Position numbers and translations under genes: made by a program. Shown here piece by piece: positions 12,482-37,246 of a DNA stretch of 64,000 bases (positions within the stretch are counted from its first letter, which is position 1; the number at the start of each line of letters is the position of its first letter). The notes below the pieces were generated by a model. That model saw only the letters and a program-made list of their open reading frames with translations, was not told the origin of the DNA and did no database searches. The stretch is from NCBI GenBank assembly GCA_040954595.2, contig CM082580.2, forward strand, positions 7,666,390-7,730,389. Direction: 5' to 3'. This DNA is from Balanoglossus misakiensis. Lineage: Eukaryota; Animalia; Hemichordata.

Positions 12482-15260
12482 ATGTTGTCGAGTCTGCTGA
12501 AAGAGCACCAGGCCAAACAGGCTGCGAGGAGAGAAATCCAAGGTATGTAATGCGTGCGATCGTTCGGAGACGTGCATGAGTAATGTGTACATGATCAGGT
12601 TGATCAACCAACTGGACTAGACACCTCTTGTTGTTCGTACCCATTGCATGCAGTTAGCACCCTCGCACATATCCAGAACGATACTCTTTGCATGTACAGA
12701 GTCGCCTACTTTAACAAATTCTAACATTGGTTACAAAGAAAGAATGCAGGCTTGTAAATCACTTCAGTATGTAGGGTCATGCATGTCCAGAGCTGATCAA
12801 GAGTGCAGCCATTTTACTTCCCCTTTTACGAGTCTCAACACCAGAGGGCGCTAATTGATGCAAACTGTAACCTACAAAATGTAATACAGTAGCATTTTTT
12901 TTCTGTGCATCAGATTACAATTTCTTGTTCTGCTCCCTGTCCTGTGTGTGAAATGACCAGTTTTTATTGTCTATATATAGTCTGTAACAACCATCTTGAT
13001 TCACGACTCGTATATAATGTATGTGCTGTGACTCGTTTGAACAGAGCGACTGTTGTCATTGCAAGTATTCTGCTTATAACCTTAGGCCTTGCCACTTTGT
13101 GGAAGGATGACTCATACAGTTAATCAAATTACAAAATGACATTGCTCAAAAAAGATCCAATGGGCTAGTAAAATTTATTTCTATAGTAGGGAAAAATAAA
13201 CCATATTTCTAAACGATAGTATTTATAACAAAAATATGAACAAAAATTACAGGGCAGTTCATTTGTAAACATACACAGATTCCCAAGAAATTAGTAATGG
13301 AAGATATCAGTAAATCTAAAGAGCAAGCATATGCCTCAGGCCAATAGGCAGATTACATGAAGTCATTTTAGAAATATGAGCGAAATTTGATTTAGAAACC
13401 AGATGTATTTGGAATCCAAAAATATTCATCACCAGTGCTGCAGTAATATCTCTGTCTGGCCTATGTCTGGATTGTGATGTGCATTGACAGGGTCAAGGTG
13501 GAATGTAAAAGCGGGTCAATGGACCTAGCCCCTTGTTAAAATTAAATATTTCTAATCAACGGTTGCGTCCTTCAGAGTCTGATTGGTTCAGGGGCCCTTT
13601 GACTTTGTAGCCGACATTGCTTCGTCACTTTGATTCTTTTCCCATAGTTTCACTGTATGTTCATTTGTATGCACAGACATACTGACGTGTAAGATGATTG
13701 AGATATTAAATAAAGAAAGAAAACCCTTTTTGTAAATGCTTTCCTAGTAAAATTGGTATTTAGATTGTGTAACTAAAAGTTAAGTATGCATTGGATTGAA
13801 TTTTATTCAGAATCTGGATAAATGTGATACTAGTTCCACATCTCATTTTTTGGTGAGCGGCATTTCTCACTTCTACATCAGATCCACTTTCCTGAATATC
13901 ATAAAATTAGGAAATGCTGCTAGCCTTATAACCAGAGAAAAAAAATGTAATAGCCAAGTGTATATCAATGATATGATTAGGCATTCCCTGATGTGATCCT
14001 GTAGCACAGGCATTAGTGTATTTTTCAAATAATCCTGGCCACCTTGGGAAATTGGAGAAATTGGAATTGTAATCACGCTGTGTCTTTATCTGATTTGATT
14101 GATCTTATCAAGAATCTTGGCAGTCTCAAGTCTGACATCAGAGAATAAGAATCCAGGGTTTTACACAATCATGAAGTGTAGGTCATTCCCAGAGAGCATC
14201 ACTGGGGAACCCTTTCGGAATATTTTAATCCAAACACATGCAGTGTACGAAGTGGTTATTTTCACGAAGGACCGTTTTAAAGCTCAAGGTAAAATACTTG
14301 AAGCTGAATGATAAAATACTAAAAATACTAGAAATCTATCAGCATCATTCTACTTAAATTCCACTGAAAGTCTTCCATTTGATAAAAAATTCCTGTATTT
14401 TTTTTTACAGAGAAAAGAAGAAGGGAAACAATATCCGCAGCAAATGTCTTCACACATGCTCTGGTCGAAAATCTAAATGCAGGGTAAGTATAAAGGTAAC
14501 CTGATTGTAAATTGCACAGGCTCTATGGTGATAGTTTTTCCAGGTTTTTTTTTCGAGGGAGGCATAGATGAGGATTGCAATCAATATAAACAGATTCATT
14601 TATTTCAAAATCTGCTTCGACAGGGTTTCCCATGCATACCAGAATCAGAGGAAGCTGGATGCGGAGGCCAAACAATTGCAGTCGCACGCAGCACAGTTCA
14701 CCAAGCAGACTATGCAGTGGTTACAGATGGTAGAAACTTTCAATCAGGCTCTCAAGGTAAAAATGCAAAGAAAGTTAACTTCGTTAGACCCCCTATCGCA
14801 GTGTGTCTTTGCTAAGGTTGGTGAAGATTGGTGAAAGACTAGGAAACCCTGGCAACACTTCTGTAGTGTTACCCATAAATATGACTGCATTATTATACCT
14901 ATAAGAAAGTGTGGCTTATGTGATTTTATATTAATAGACCGACCATGAATTGCAGTGTATTGACATACTGAACCCTTTCCGTGTTTTCCTCATGTGATTC
15001 TCTCTTGTTTGCATTGATAGGAAATTGGCGATGTAGAAAACTGGGCTAGGAGTATAGAAACCGATATGAGGACAATATCCAGTGCTCTAGAATATGCTTA
15101 TAAAGGTAGGTTGATCGCTGCAGCAAACTGGCATAGTGCAATTTAGTTTCCTCTTGGTGTGGTGGGTGTGTACACATTCTAAATTAATTTGATGTTATGG
15201 AATAATAGGCGTGTGTAACATTCTGTGTATCTTCTTTCAGATCAAGTGCCAAGGACGTGA
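12482..15260 (+). CDS. BLOC1S1: Biogenesis of lysosome-related organelles complex 1 subunit 1 (GCN5L1)
   Basis: Exons 12482-12542, 14411-14483, 14624-14756, 15021-15105 and 15241-15260 join in frame: MLSSLLKEHQAKQAARREIQEKRRRE...NAGVSHAYQNQRKLDAEAKQL...[34 protein letters not shown]. Confidence 0.96.
12838..12852 (+). promoter_or_regulatory. CTCF-like motif in BLOC1S1 intron 1
   Basis: ACACCAGAGGGCGCT is one mismatch from the CCASYAGRKGGCR core. Confidence 0.45.
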
Positions 15261-15804
15261 CCAATATACTCACTGACCTTCGGACAGCAGAGACCTTATT
15301 ATGACAGTGTTTGTCCAGGCTTTGTATTCGTGTTGCTTCAAAGAGCTTTCCCCCGCACATAAAATTTTGTGCTATTTGATAGCCTTTTAGAGCATAAACA
15401 AGAGTTTGGACTGCCATCTTGTGGTGCGGTAGAAGTAGAGGACTAATGACAATGTAAACAGGAGGAGAAATAACACTTTCAGTTCTGCTATTTTGTAACA
15501 CAGCTCCTATCATCAGAAACTTGTATAACAAGTAGGTGTACATAGCTTGTCATAAGATCCTTGAACCTTTGGCACCTAGGTTTATGCAATGTGCTGCTTT
15601 GTAAAGTAAGTGTACAAAGTGAATAAAGTCTAATTACAATCAAAAATGAAATTGTGGTGTGTTTGTCTTAATGTACATCAGCATAAGCATTCTGATAAAT
15701 TCCACAACTCTGAAGAAATAAAGCTAAAGCAAATACTAGTATCTGACACCCTTGTAATGTCATACTGTACAGCCGTTCTCGCTCCTTGAAGACGGATCTT
15801 GAAG

Positions 15805-15821
15805 AGCGCCATCTAGTGGCA
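15805..15821 (-). promoter_or_regulatory. CTCF consensus site between the 3' ends of BLOC1S1 and PYM1
   Basis: Minus strand reads TGCCACTAGATGGCGCT, a full match to the CTCF core. Confidence 0.6.
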
Positions 15822-16265
15822 AAGTTCAGCTATCCAAATCCACAGTAATAAACCAAACACTGAAATGATACTTCAAAAAATGTTCTGTAAACTTTATTAA
15901 ACAACTGAAATAATGTTGACAAGATATCATATGAATTACAAATATACATGTCATTACTATACTGCAGTAGTATAATAATGCTTGCAATCTATTGATTTCT
16001 GTTTCCTGACATTGTGCATCTATCAATGTTCTCCCCACAATACTATGAACAGAGGAGTGTACATTATGATAGTAAAATTGGTCTTAGTATCTTACATATT
16101 ATTACTATACAATATAGAATAGTCAAAGTTTAAAAAAACGTATTTCCCTACTTTACTGTAGAAAAGAATGATGGGCCAAACCTTAAGTTAAGGGGGTTAA
16201 TGTCCCCAGTGAATTTTACACAGTGTGTTTGCTGTTAAAACAGTCTTTTTATCTGAGCCACACTA

Positions 16266-17443
16266 TCAATCTTCCAACAAGAGAAGTTCATCCTCCAGTT
16301 CCTCTTTCCTGGCAATTTTTTGCAACTGTTCTTGGGAAGGCTCACTGATTTCCCCTGATGCAATTTTAGCTTCCAGTTCATCGATCTGTCTCAGTTTCTT
16401 CTTGATGTTTTTAATCCTTTTTGCCGGGTCCTTAGTCTCTGTTCCGACACTTTCTTGGGGAGTTGATATAGTCGACGTCTCTAACGCCTTTGTAACCTGT
16501 TGCACGTCGCCCCCACCTTCTGATTTCTTTTCGAGTTTCTTCTGTTTCCTCTTCTCGTTTTTCTTGGCAGCTTTGGATTTGGCTTGTTTCGGTTCCTCTT
16601 TCGGCTCTTCCACATAACCTGGCGGCAGCTTGGGTCGACTGTTCATCCACTGTTTGCCTTTGCTCTCATATCTGCACAATACAAACCAGATCATAATTCA
16701 AACACCACCGAAATGGATGACCTGACCTGATCAGACTTCATGTCAGTGTCTGTGTATAATAAAAGCTCCATTTTCGCTATGTTTTCAGTATTTTTGTTTT
16801 CTGTTCCTATTGCAGTTCCTTGTTCAAATCCCTGAAGCATGATGAAATGCCCACTGCCAGTACCATGTGTTGGTGGGTGGCGGTGGCAGCAAAGCTACTT
16901 ACACTGGGACATCTTCTTGTGGTACGTAGCCATCTTTAACTCTTCTGGCTTTTCTCCACGACCCGTCAGGTCTCTGTGTTGCAGGTATGAAAGCACCTGA
17001 AAGTGAAACAAACAGTAGGAGTTAGACTTTTACACTTAACTGCCATTTGTTATTATGGGCGAAATTTGACAATACACGCACACATATTCCTGCATGTACT
17101 GCTGTGCGTCTTGAAGCTCCTTTGTGACATCTTTCGCATTATGAACTTCTATATACAACTTGTTGACAGCAATGCTGCCACGCACCAGGTTCGTCAATGT
17201 CAGATTTCCCGACGAATCCGGAAAACATAAACGGCAAGCTTGCGAAGTTGTGGGGAGTGATACAGGCTAGTCTACCATTTGTTATAACTTTGTGCACAAA
17301 TCTAAATTTCTGCATTGTTCTCTCAATTGTCATAACTGTCGGACATTCAATTCACGTTGCCGTAGAAATACTGCTCTTCTTTTAGACCGCATAAACTTAC
17401 CATTTTCGTCTCTCACGATGTTGCTGGCATCGGACGCCGCCAT
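16266..17443 (-). CDS. PYM1: Partner of Y14 and Mago (WIBG), exon junction complex disassembly factor
   Basis: Exons 17443-17401, 16996-16903 and 16671-16266 encode [52 protein letters not shown] (Mago-binding domain) and a C-terminal [20 protein letters not shown]...[16 protein letters not shown]. Confidence 0.96.
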
Positions 17444-17470
17444 CTTGCTTCTCGCGCTAATCTCGCCTGC

Positions 17471-17518
17471 TGAGTCACGTGAAAGAGGGAATTCCCATTA
17501 AAGGTCAAGGGGTTCCCC
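17471..17518. promoter_or_regulatory. Compact PYM1 / OAS-like bidirectional promoter with AP-1, E-box and two kappaB motifs
   Basis: TGAGTCA (17471-17477) overlaps CACGTG (17476-17481). GGGAATTCCC at 17487-17496 and GGGGTTCCCC at 17509-17518. Probable 5' UTR intron 17538-17624 (GTGAGT...CAG) ends right before the OAS ATG. Confidence 0.65.
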
Positions 17519-17624
17519 GGCCAGACTAGGTTACAAGGTGAGTCTGGTCCATCGGCCATCAACCACGTGTACTTTGTGTGTGCCGAGTTTCATTCAACGG
17601 AACAGCATTCTAAAACCTGATCAG

Positions 17625-20241
17625 ATGGCCGCGTATAGCTGTCACAACTGCCACGATGCTTTTAGTTCACTCTCCGATGTGGTTCTACACACCAGAGCCC
17701 GTCACCGGAAGCAAGACACGCCTCTTCGGTGTTACCTGAAGGGGTGCCAGGAGGAGGTGGAGATCGCCGAGCTCACGAAGCACATCCGCCAACAACACCC
17801 TGAGCAGTGCGCCATCGTCTGCAGGTTGTGTCTGCAGAAGTTCCTCTTCCAGTTCGACTACAGAAACCACGCTCGTCGCATCCACGGGGAAAACCTCCGC
17901 TTCCGCCAGATCAAGTGCCCGACGTGCAAGGAGAACATCCCCGATTACACAGCCGATCACCACCGACTGGTGGAGTGTTACAGTGACAGCCAGAGAAACG
18001 CGACAAGGGCAAGAGGTACACAGCAATATGTGTGACACCGTGTGACCTATGCCTGTCTAGATCGTTCACCTGCTGTTGTATACGTCCTGATCACGTACCA
18101 ATAGTCTGGCTTTGATACGTGTTTCGCTGTTGTCACTGAATGTTCATGTTGACAAAATCGTCGTACGCGCAGAATTATCGTCAGCTTTGCTTCTGTTTTT
18201 TAGCTGTTTCATGTTGTCAAACTACATGTGCGTGTCCCTGCTGTGTTGCAAATGCCCCATGTTGGTCGCTTTGTTGAACCGTGGACTACACACAATATTG
18301 CTGCATACCACACAGACATCTGATTATTAAAGTCTTTTTGGATGAAATAACATATTTCACAAAGGAATACTTCTTCCTAAAGGTGATAGACAACGGGGAT
18401 GCTTTTTATACAGGTATAATTGTCAAGTCTTTTTGAAATGTCAAAAAAGTCAATAAACAGCACTGTAAATAACATGTGCCACACACATACCATATTTTCA
18501 ACATAACTTTATACAAAAAAGTACCACCAACCACTCTGAAGAAAATCATTGTATTGATATCACCACTATGATCCACCAGTGTCGCTGATAGTCTCCCTGA
18601 CATATTTTCACTCACCTCAATAATCACCTCTCTCGACCTCTTGTCCATAGCCAAAGCCAGGCCATCGGACCTGCTGGGGCAGACATTCGACTCACTCGAT
18701 GACTTTGTAACAGAGAGCATACAAGTGTCCAAAGATTACACTGACAAGTGTCGACAAGCGATCAGTGACGTCACTGCTTTCATCAAGTCTGAAGATGTCC
18801 CCATCAGTATCACAAGTGTCAAAGAGGTAAGTTGAGTAAGACCTCATTCAAATATTGGTCACTAGGGCCTGATTTTAATTTACTATTCCAGAGTGCAAGA
18901 TTGTGCTGTACACTGTGCAGTCATTGCCAATATGAACAAGGATTAAAGTTTGCAGTCCATGTTTTATTCTGCTCCCACAGGGTGGCGCTCTTGGTAAAGG
19001 GACCATGGTCAAAGACAAAACGGACGTGTGTCTGATCACGTACACCAGTGATTTCAAGAACATGGACGATCACATCAGCAAAGGGGACAGTGTTGCGGGT
19101 CAACTCAAAGCAGCCTTGGAGAACTCAAACGATTTGAGAGACAAGATCTCAAACTTGAAAGAGGCGGCTGACACGGTCACCTTTGACCTAGGCGTGGCAG
19201 ACGATGACAGTACACTCAAGATTGAACTCCGACCTTCGTACAAACTGCTACACGAGAATGCAAGGAGAGGTAAGAATTCCCATTAAAGGTGTACATGCAC
19301 AAATGAATGTGTACTTTATACCTTGACAAAAATGAATACCGGTATATCCATCGAAATAGTTATCAGTCTTAAATGCAAAGATGCAAGTGCTTGCTGTATT
19401 TGTCCCCAGGGTCCAGCCATATGATTAAAAACAATGGGCTTGTAACAGTGTATAGTGAAAGGATAAAATCTCCTGTTCTTTGTGACTGTAGATGAGAAGA
19501 GGCGACTCTACAGAAAGATGTTGAACATCAAAGACCAGGACCGAGAGATCTACCACTCGGCCCTGATGTCGTCCCAGGTGGAGTTCATCAGCCAGCGACA
19601 GGCGCAGGTCAAGAAACTCATCCAACTGGTCAAGTACTGGCGCAACGAGTCTTTCGACGATCGGCGGGTCAGCCGGCTGGGGCGGAAGCTGCCGTCGGCC
19701 TACCTGCTGGAGTTGGTGGTGATCCGGGCCTGGGAAGAGGCGGGGAACCCGGAGGAGTTCCAGCTGGCTCTGGGCTTCCGGGCGGTGCTGGAGAAACTGG
19801 TGGAGAACCGGGCCATGTTCGTTGTGTGGTACGACAACTACGACAAGAGCGTGGCCAGGGATTCTATGAGGAAGTTCAAGATGAGGAGGTGGGCTTCAGA
19901 TGGTTTATGATTACCCGTAGAAACACCTCATTTTTCTGCTCTAAAGACTTCAACTTACGGTATATTGGGACAAAATCCCCCAATACAAGACAGTGCATAG
20001 TTGGCATACAAAAGCATGAAAAAGTATCAGTTTTGATTGCATACTATTGCATATCACAGCTGTAAACTGTGTTATTCAAAACTGTCTTCATCCTGTTATC
20101 ATTTCTTCCCACCACAGGCCAATTGTACTTGATCCAGTGGACCCCACATTCAACGTAGCAGCTGAGTGCACAGCCTGGAGAGAGGTGGAAAGCGTGGCGC
20201 AGGACACGCTCAAGAAATACTTATTCAAGAGTTGGGTCTAA
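17625..20241 (+). CDS. 2'-5'-oligoadenylate synthetase-like protein with four N-terminal zinc fingers (458 aa; probably catalytically impaired)
   Basis: Exons 17625-18015, 18651-18826, 18981-19269, 19492-19888 and 20118-20241 total 1377 nt in frame. OAS motifs: LDDFV, GGALGKGT...TDVCL, IELRP, VKKLIQLVKYW, LPSAYLLELVVIRAWE, F.LA.GFRAVL, W..NY, RPIVLDPVDPTFNVA...W. Exon 1 encodes three C2H2 and one C2HC finger. Confidence 0.9.
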
Positions 20242-20366
20242 TTTGGGGGAGACCGGAACCTTGTCGAGGGTTAAGATGGGTTTAACTCAAGACCTGACCT
20301 TTCAGCCAACATGCATTTAGTTTAGCTAGTTGTTCGGCCAGTAAACCAGCGAGATTTCTTCTTCAA

Positions 20367-20439
20367 GAGACCCAGTTGGTATCTTGGCGTGCCAACGACA
20401 TGTAGCAGAAATAATGTCAAGGCATAGCAACTGGGTCTC
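20367..20439 (+). other. Long imperfect hairpin in the putative 3' UTR of the OAS-like gene
   Basis: GAGACCCAGTTG...CAACTGGGTCTC forms 12 perfect bp. It is extended by TAT/ATA and CTTGGCGT/ATGTCAAG (with G-U pairs) to ~23 bp. Confidence 0.55.
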
Positions 20440-22685
20440 CATCATGTTTCACGCCCTTAGTTTGTCATGTGGAAAAGTCTATCCGTCCACACAAAATAAC
20501 AGGATCGAAAAAATATTATGCTGGTAAACTAGGAGTGTGGAACTTGTTTTTGACATTGTTTATCGGGTAGGTAGAGAGGTCAAATTGAAATTGGTGAGCT
20601 TGAAGTTGATCGTGGACTAATAATGATAATCAAAGATGGTCTTCCACACTTCAGTCATGATATAACATACGTTTTTTCTGTATTGGGGACATCTTTCGAC
20701 TTTCTCTCTGTTCTTTTGTTACATTAGTCCATTTACCCACAGTGCCGCCATCACAAGGGACTGTCGGTAAGAGCGCACAAAAAAGGCAGCAACTCATCTC
20801 AGATAAATTTGACTCCTACCTACCACATTTTATTAAATCCAGCCCAAGGTTGGTGTGCTTGGATAGTTTTAGATAGCCTACATCAGTATATACTCAATCA
20901 ATATGAAAACAAAAAAAGACAGAAACAGAGTTTCAGTTCAGTGTTCTTCAATCATAGATATTGGCAGTACAGCCATTAAATTCTCAACTCGGTTGATTTT
21001 TTTTTAGATGTTAGTGATCATTCAGGGTTTTCCTGTATTCCTAGGTGTAGAAGGGTTAGTTGTCATTTGTAGTTGGTGATGCTTAAAGAGTACCGGGTGA
21101 AGAAGTTTGATTCCTGTATGTGAGAGAAAGTAGAGTTGTCTCTCTATACTAGAAGATCTGCATCGACAGATTTGTGACTTGTACTCAGTTTACGTGTACC
21201 TCATATATCACTGCCATAGAAACCTTTCTTGCATGTCTTTCAGAAAATACTTATATGGTGACCTGTGTGATTTTTTATTGCGTAGGGTTAAAAAACAGTC
21301 ATTTGACAGGCACCAGAGAACTTTTTATTTTTTCTTGTGAACCCTGTAGAATCAACCAGAACTGTTCGTTTTATCTTCAGATTCAAAGAAATATGTTGTA
21401 TTTGATCAGAAATTTTATGACCTTTTTTTTCATTTTAAAGACAGTTTAGATGAAAGCTTTCACGGCATGTTATTTGGTAGGCCAGTCATATATTCAACTT
21501 TATAGAATCCCACTTTCTTTCTGGGTTTATATTCGTAGTTGTTACAAGCTATTGAAAACCAGAACAGATTCCACGGACACGGTTGTCGTGTGAACTCAGC
21601 TGTTTAAGCAAACCTAAGAACGCATATTTTTCAAAGTTGCAACTCTTCAAGTGTTATCTGAAATAAAGGTTGGCTGAAAGGATGATTGTGTGCGGTGTGT
21701 CATGTGACATTGGTCTACCAATTGTCGGGTGTGCCATGTGACTACAATCTACCTATCAGGATCAGTGTGTGCTGTGTCCAGATTTGTCAAATCCCATCAC
21801 ATTGGCACCATGCTTCCCTTAGCTGGCCAGGGGGTGAATGCATCAGAAGACGAACGTACATCGGGAGCTGCATTTGGTTTGTCTTTGCGCGTCCGACCAA
21901 ACAAGATAAACAATGCCCATCCACGCTTGCCCAAGGATACAGAAAAAGGATAATGTACTAAAAGCGAATTTCGCAAAATTCAAAGTTAATACATATAGCT
22001 AATTTGTGGGAAATACATCCCGTCATTGAGTAGGACGTGCTTGTTGAAGAAACGCTGTCCGTCTAACACTAATCAAAAACGACGTTTTCGCTCAAAAGAA
22101 CGGATATGTGTTTGTTCACGAGCACGAACGAACTATTGCCAATCGTGATGCTTTTGTATATTTTAGCAGAACCGCGTCCAATTCATGACTAGTTTTTCAG
22201 GGTTGATATTTGGTTCACCCTATAGACTTCAAAAGAAGATGGGCATTCACACGAAGTTCGCTTTTCGACAAATAATGTACTTTTCACATTCTCGTTATTT
22301 CATCCCGTGGGGGCGTTTCTTTCAGGTACATTTACATAAATCATTTTTTTCGTCCAAGATAATCTTCCAACTATCATAGGCTAAACTGACAAATCATGGG
22401 GGTGGTGATATTCCAAGTAGAGACAATTTATTGGGTAACAGACAAGTCTCTGTCACGTGGTCTCACTGCTAACAGTTCGGAGGAAGGACCCGCCACCACA
22501 TCATCCGCATCACTCAGATAACGGCGACGCTTTGTTACGGTTCCACATCGGCAACTAACAATACATCAACCAACCAACCAGTCAATCGCCTCGATCATCG
22601 CTGTCAGCGTAAAAAAATACTCTATCTTATCGCCAAGACAGACCACTTTGAACTTGCAACATCTTAGGTCTGTCCCTGGGAAGAA

Positions 22686-35914
<13,229 letters not shown>

Positions 35915-37246
35915 ACGTCGCAACCGATCGGCTGCAAGTCCAATCGGCCCGTCCCGATGTTAGCTGCGCGAATCAAGCCTAGCGTACATAATTGGAGAAC
36001 ACAAACACCAACAGTCGTAAATTCTCTGACAGACATGGATGTGTTGTTTCTCCATTCTACGGGGAATTTCAGTGTACCTCGCAAACCATCCTGGTGATTC
36101 AAATACTTTATGCACAGTGTAAACAATTATCACAATCTGGTTTCTAGACTGCACAATAATGACCAGTTGCCTGGCCAGGTGGCCATGTCCCTTATACTAG
36201 CTTACTGTACATGTACCACACTGAATTTGATTCACACAGTCAGTTTGCAAGGTAAACTGATATTCTGTATATTGATCGTTGAAGCATTTGATATCCACAG
36301 TGTTACAAAAATGATCCGCTGATGTTTGATATAGCTAATAGCTATATCTTCGTGTAGTATTCTTTAAAAGTGTGCATATTAGTGTTCTGTTTCTTTTGAA
36401 TTGTGCTGGGTCTTCATTTCTCAGTAGATTTCTCTTACAGTGTTGTATAATCAATAGTTTTTACCTTTTGGTCACAAAGACAAAGGAATAGGGATATTGA
36501 TAGTGTGGTTACTGAAATCGATATTGGTTGCACGGAATTATATGGTACAGTTTATGTTATCGTTACAAATTACAATGTTCACACCCTTGGCATGCAATCC
36601 GATAAACACTTTGCTCTGGAGGATTGTCAACAGGATGCATTGCCCGACGGCTGAGTGTGTATTGCAGACAATGATATAGGTGACAACTTTATTTGGCCAA
36701 AATTTCAGAGAAATACAGTAGGTTTTCCATGTTCAATGTACACGTATTCATAGATGATCTGTAATAAGTTTAGTGGGTACGCACCTCAGACAATTATTGG
36801 AATGTACTAAATCATGCGGCTACAAGTTTGTGCCTTCATGTGTGTTTTGAGATCAAATAAAGTGTTCCTATAATTCACTTTATATACAGTGGACTTAAAT
36901 TCTGTGTTTAGCAGACACCTCGCATATACATTACAGTAAGGGCTGAACATAACTAACGAGCTGTACGCGCGACCAAATTCGAGAGACCCATTCTAAACTT
37001 ACAACGTGGCGCTGTGGTACTCGAACATTTAAAGGCCTATATGTTGTAACGTGGGAATTTCTACAGATATAAAGCAAACTAAGCTCTTCATCACTCACGT
37101 ACAGTATCAGTTTTATTGATTTTATCGGTATTGGTAGATTAGCCCTGGGTTCGAGGCTGCATGCGTGGCCTCGAACTCATCGCTCATGGAACCCATGGCT
37201 GCTGGGAGTGATATTTTTCACGTGCAAAGCAATACATCCTCGGATC

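Noticed and set aside
17538-18035. Stand-alone zinc-finger gene separate from the OAS exons
   Set aside because: A donor at 18016 matches the phase of the acceptor at 18650, and the OAS exons have no convincing start of their own; fusion is the simpler model, pending RNA evidence.
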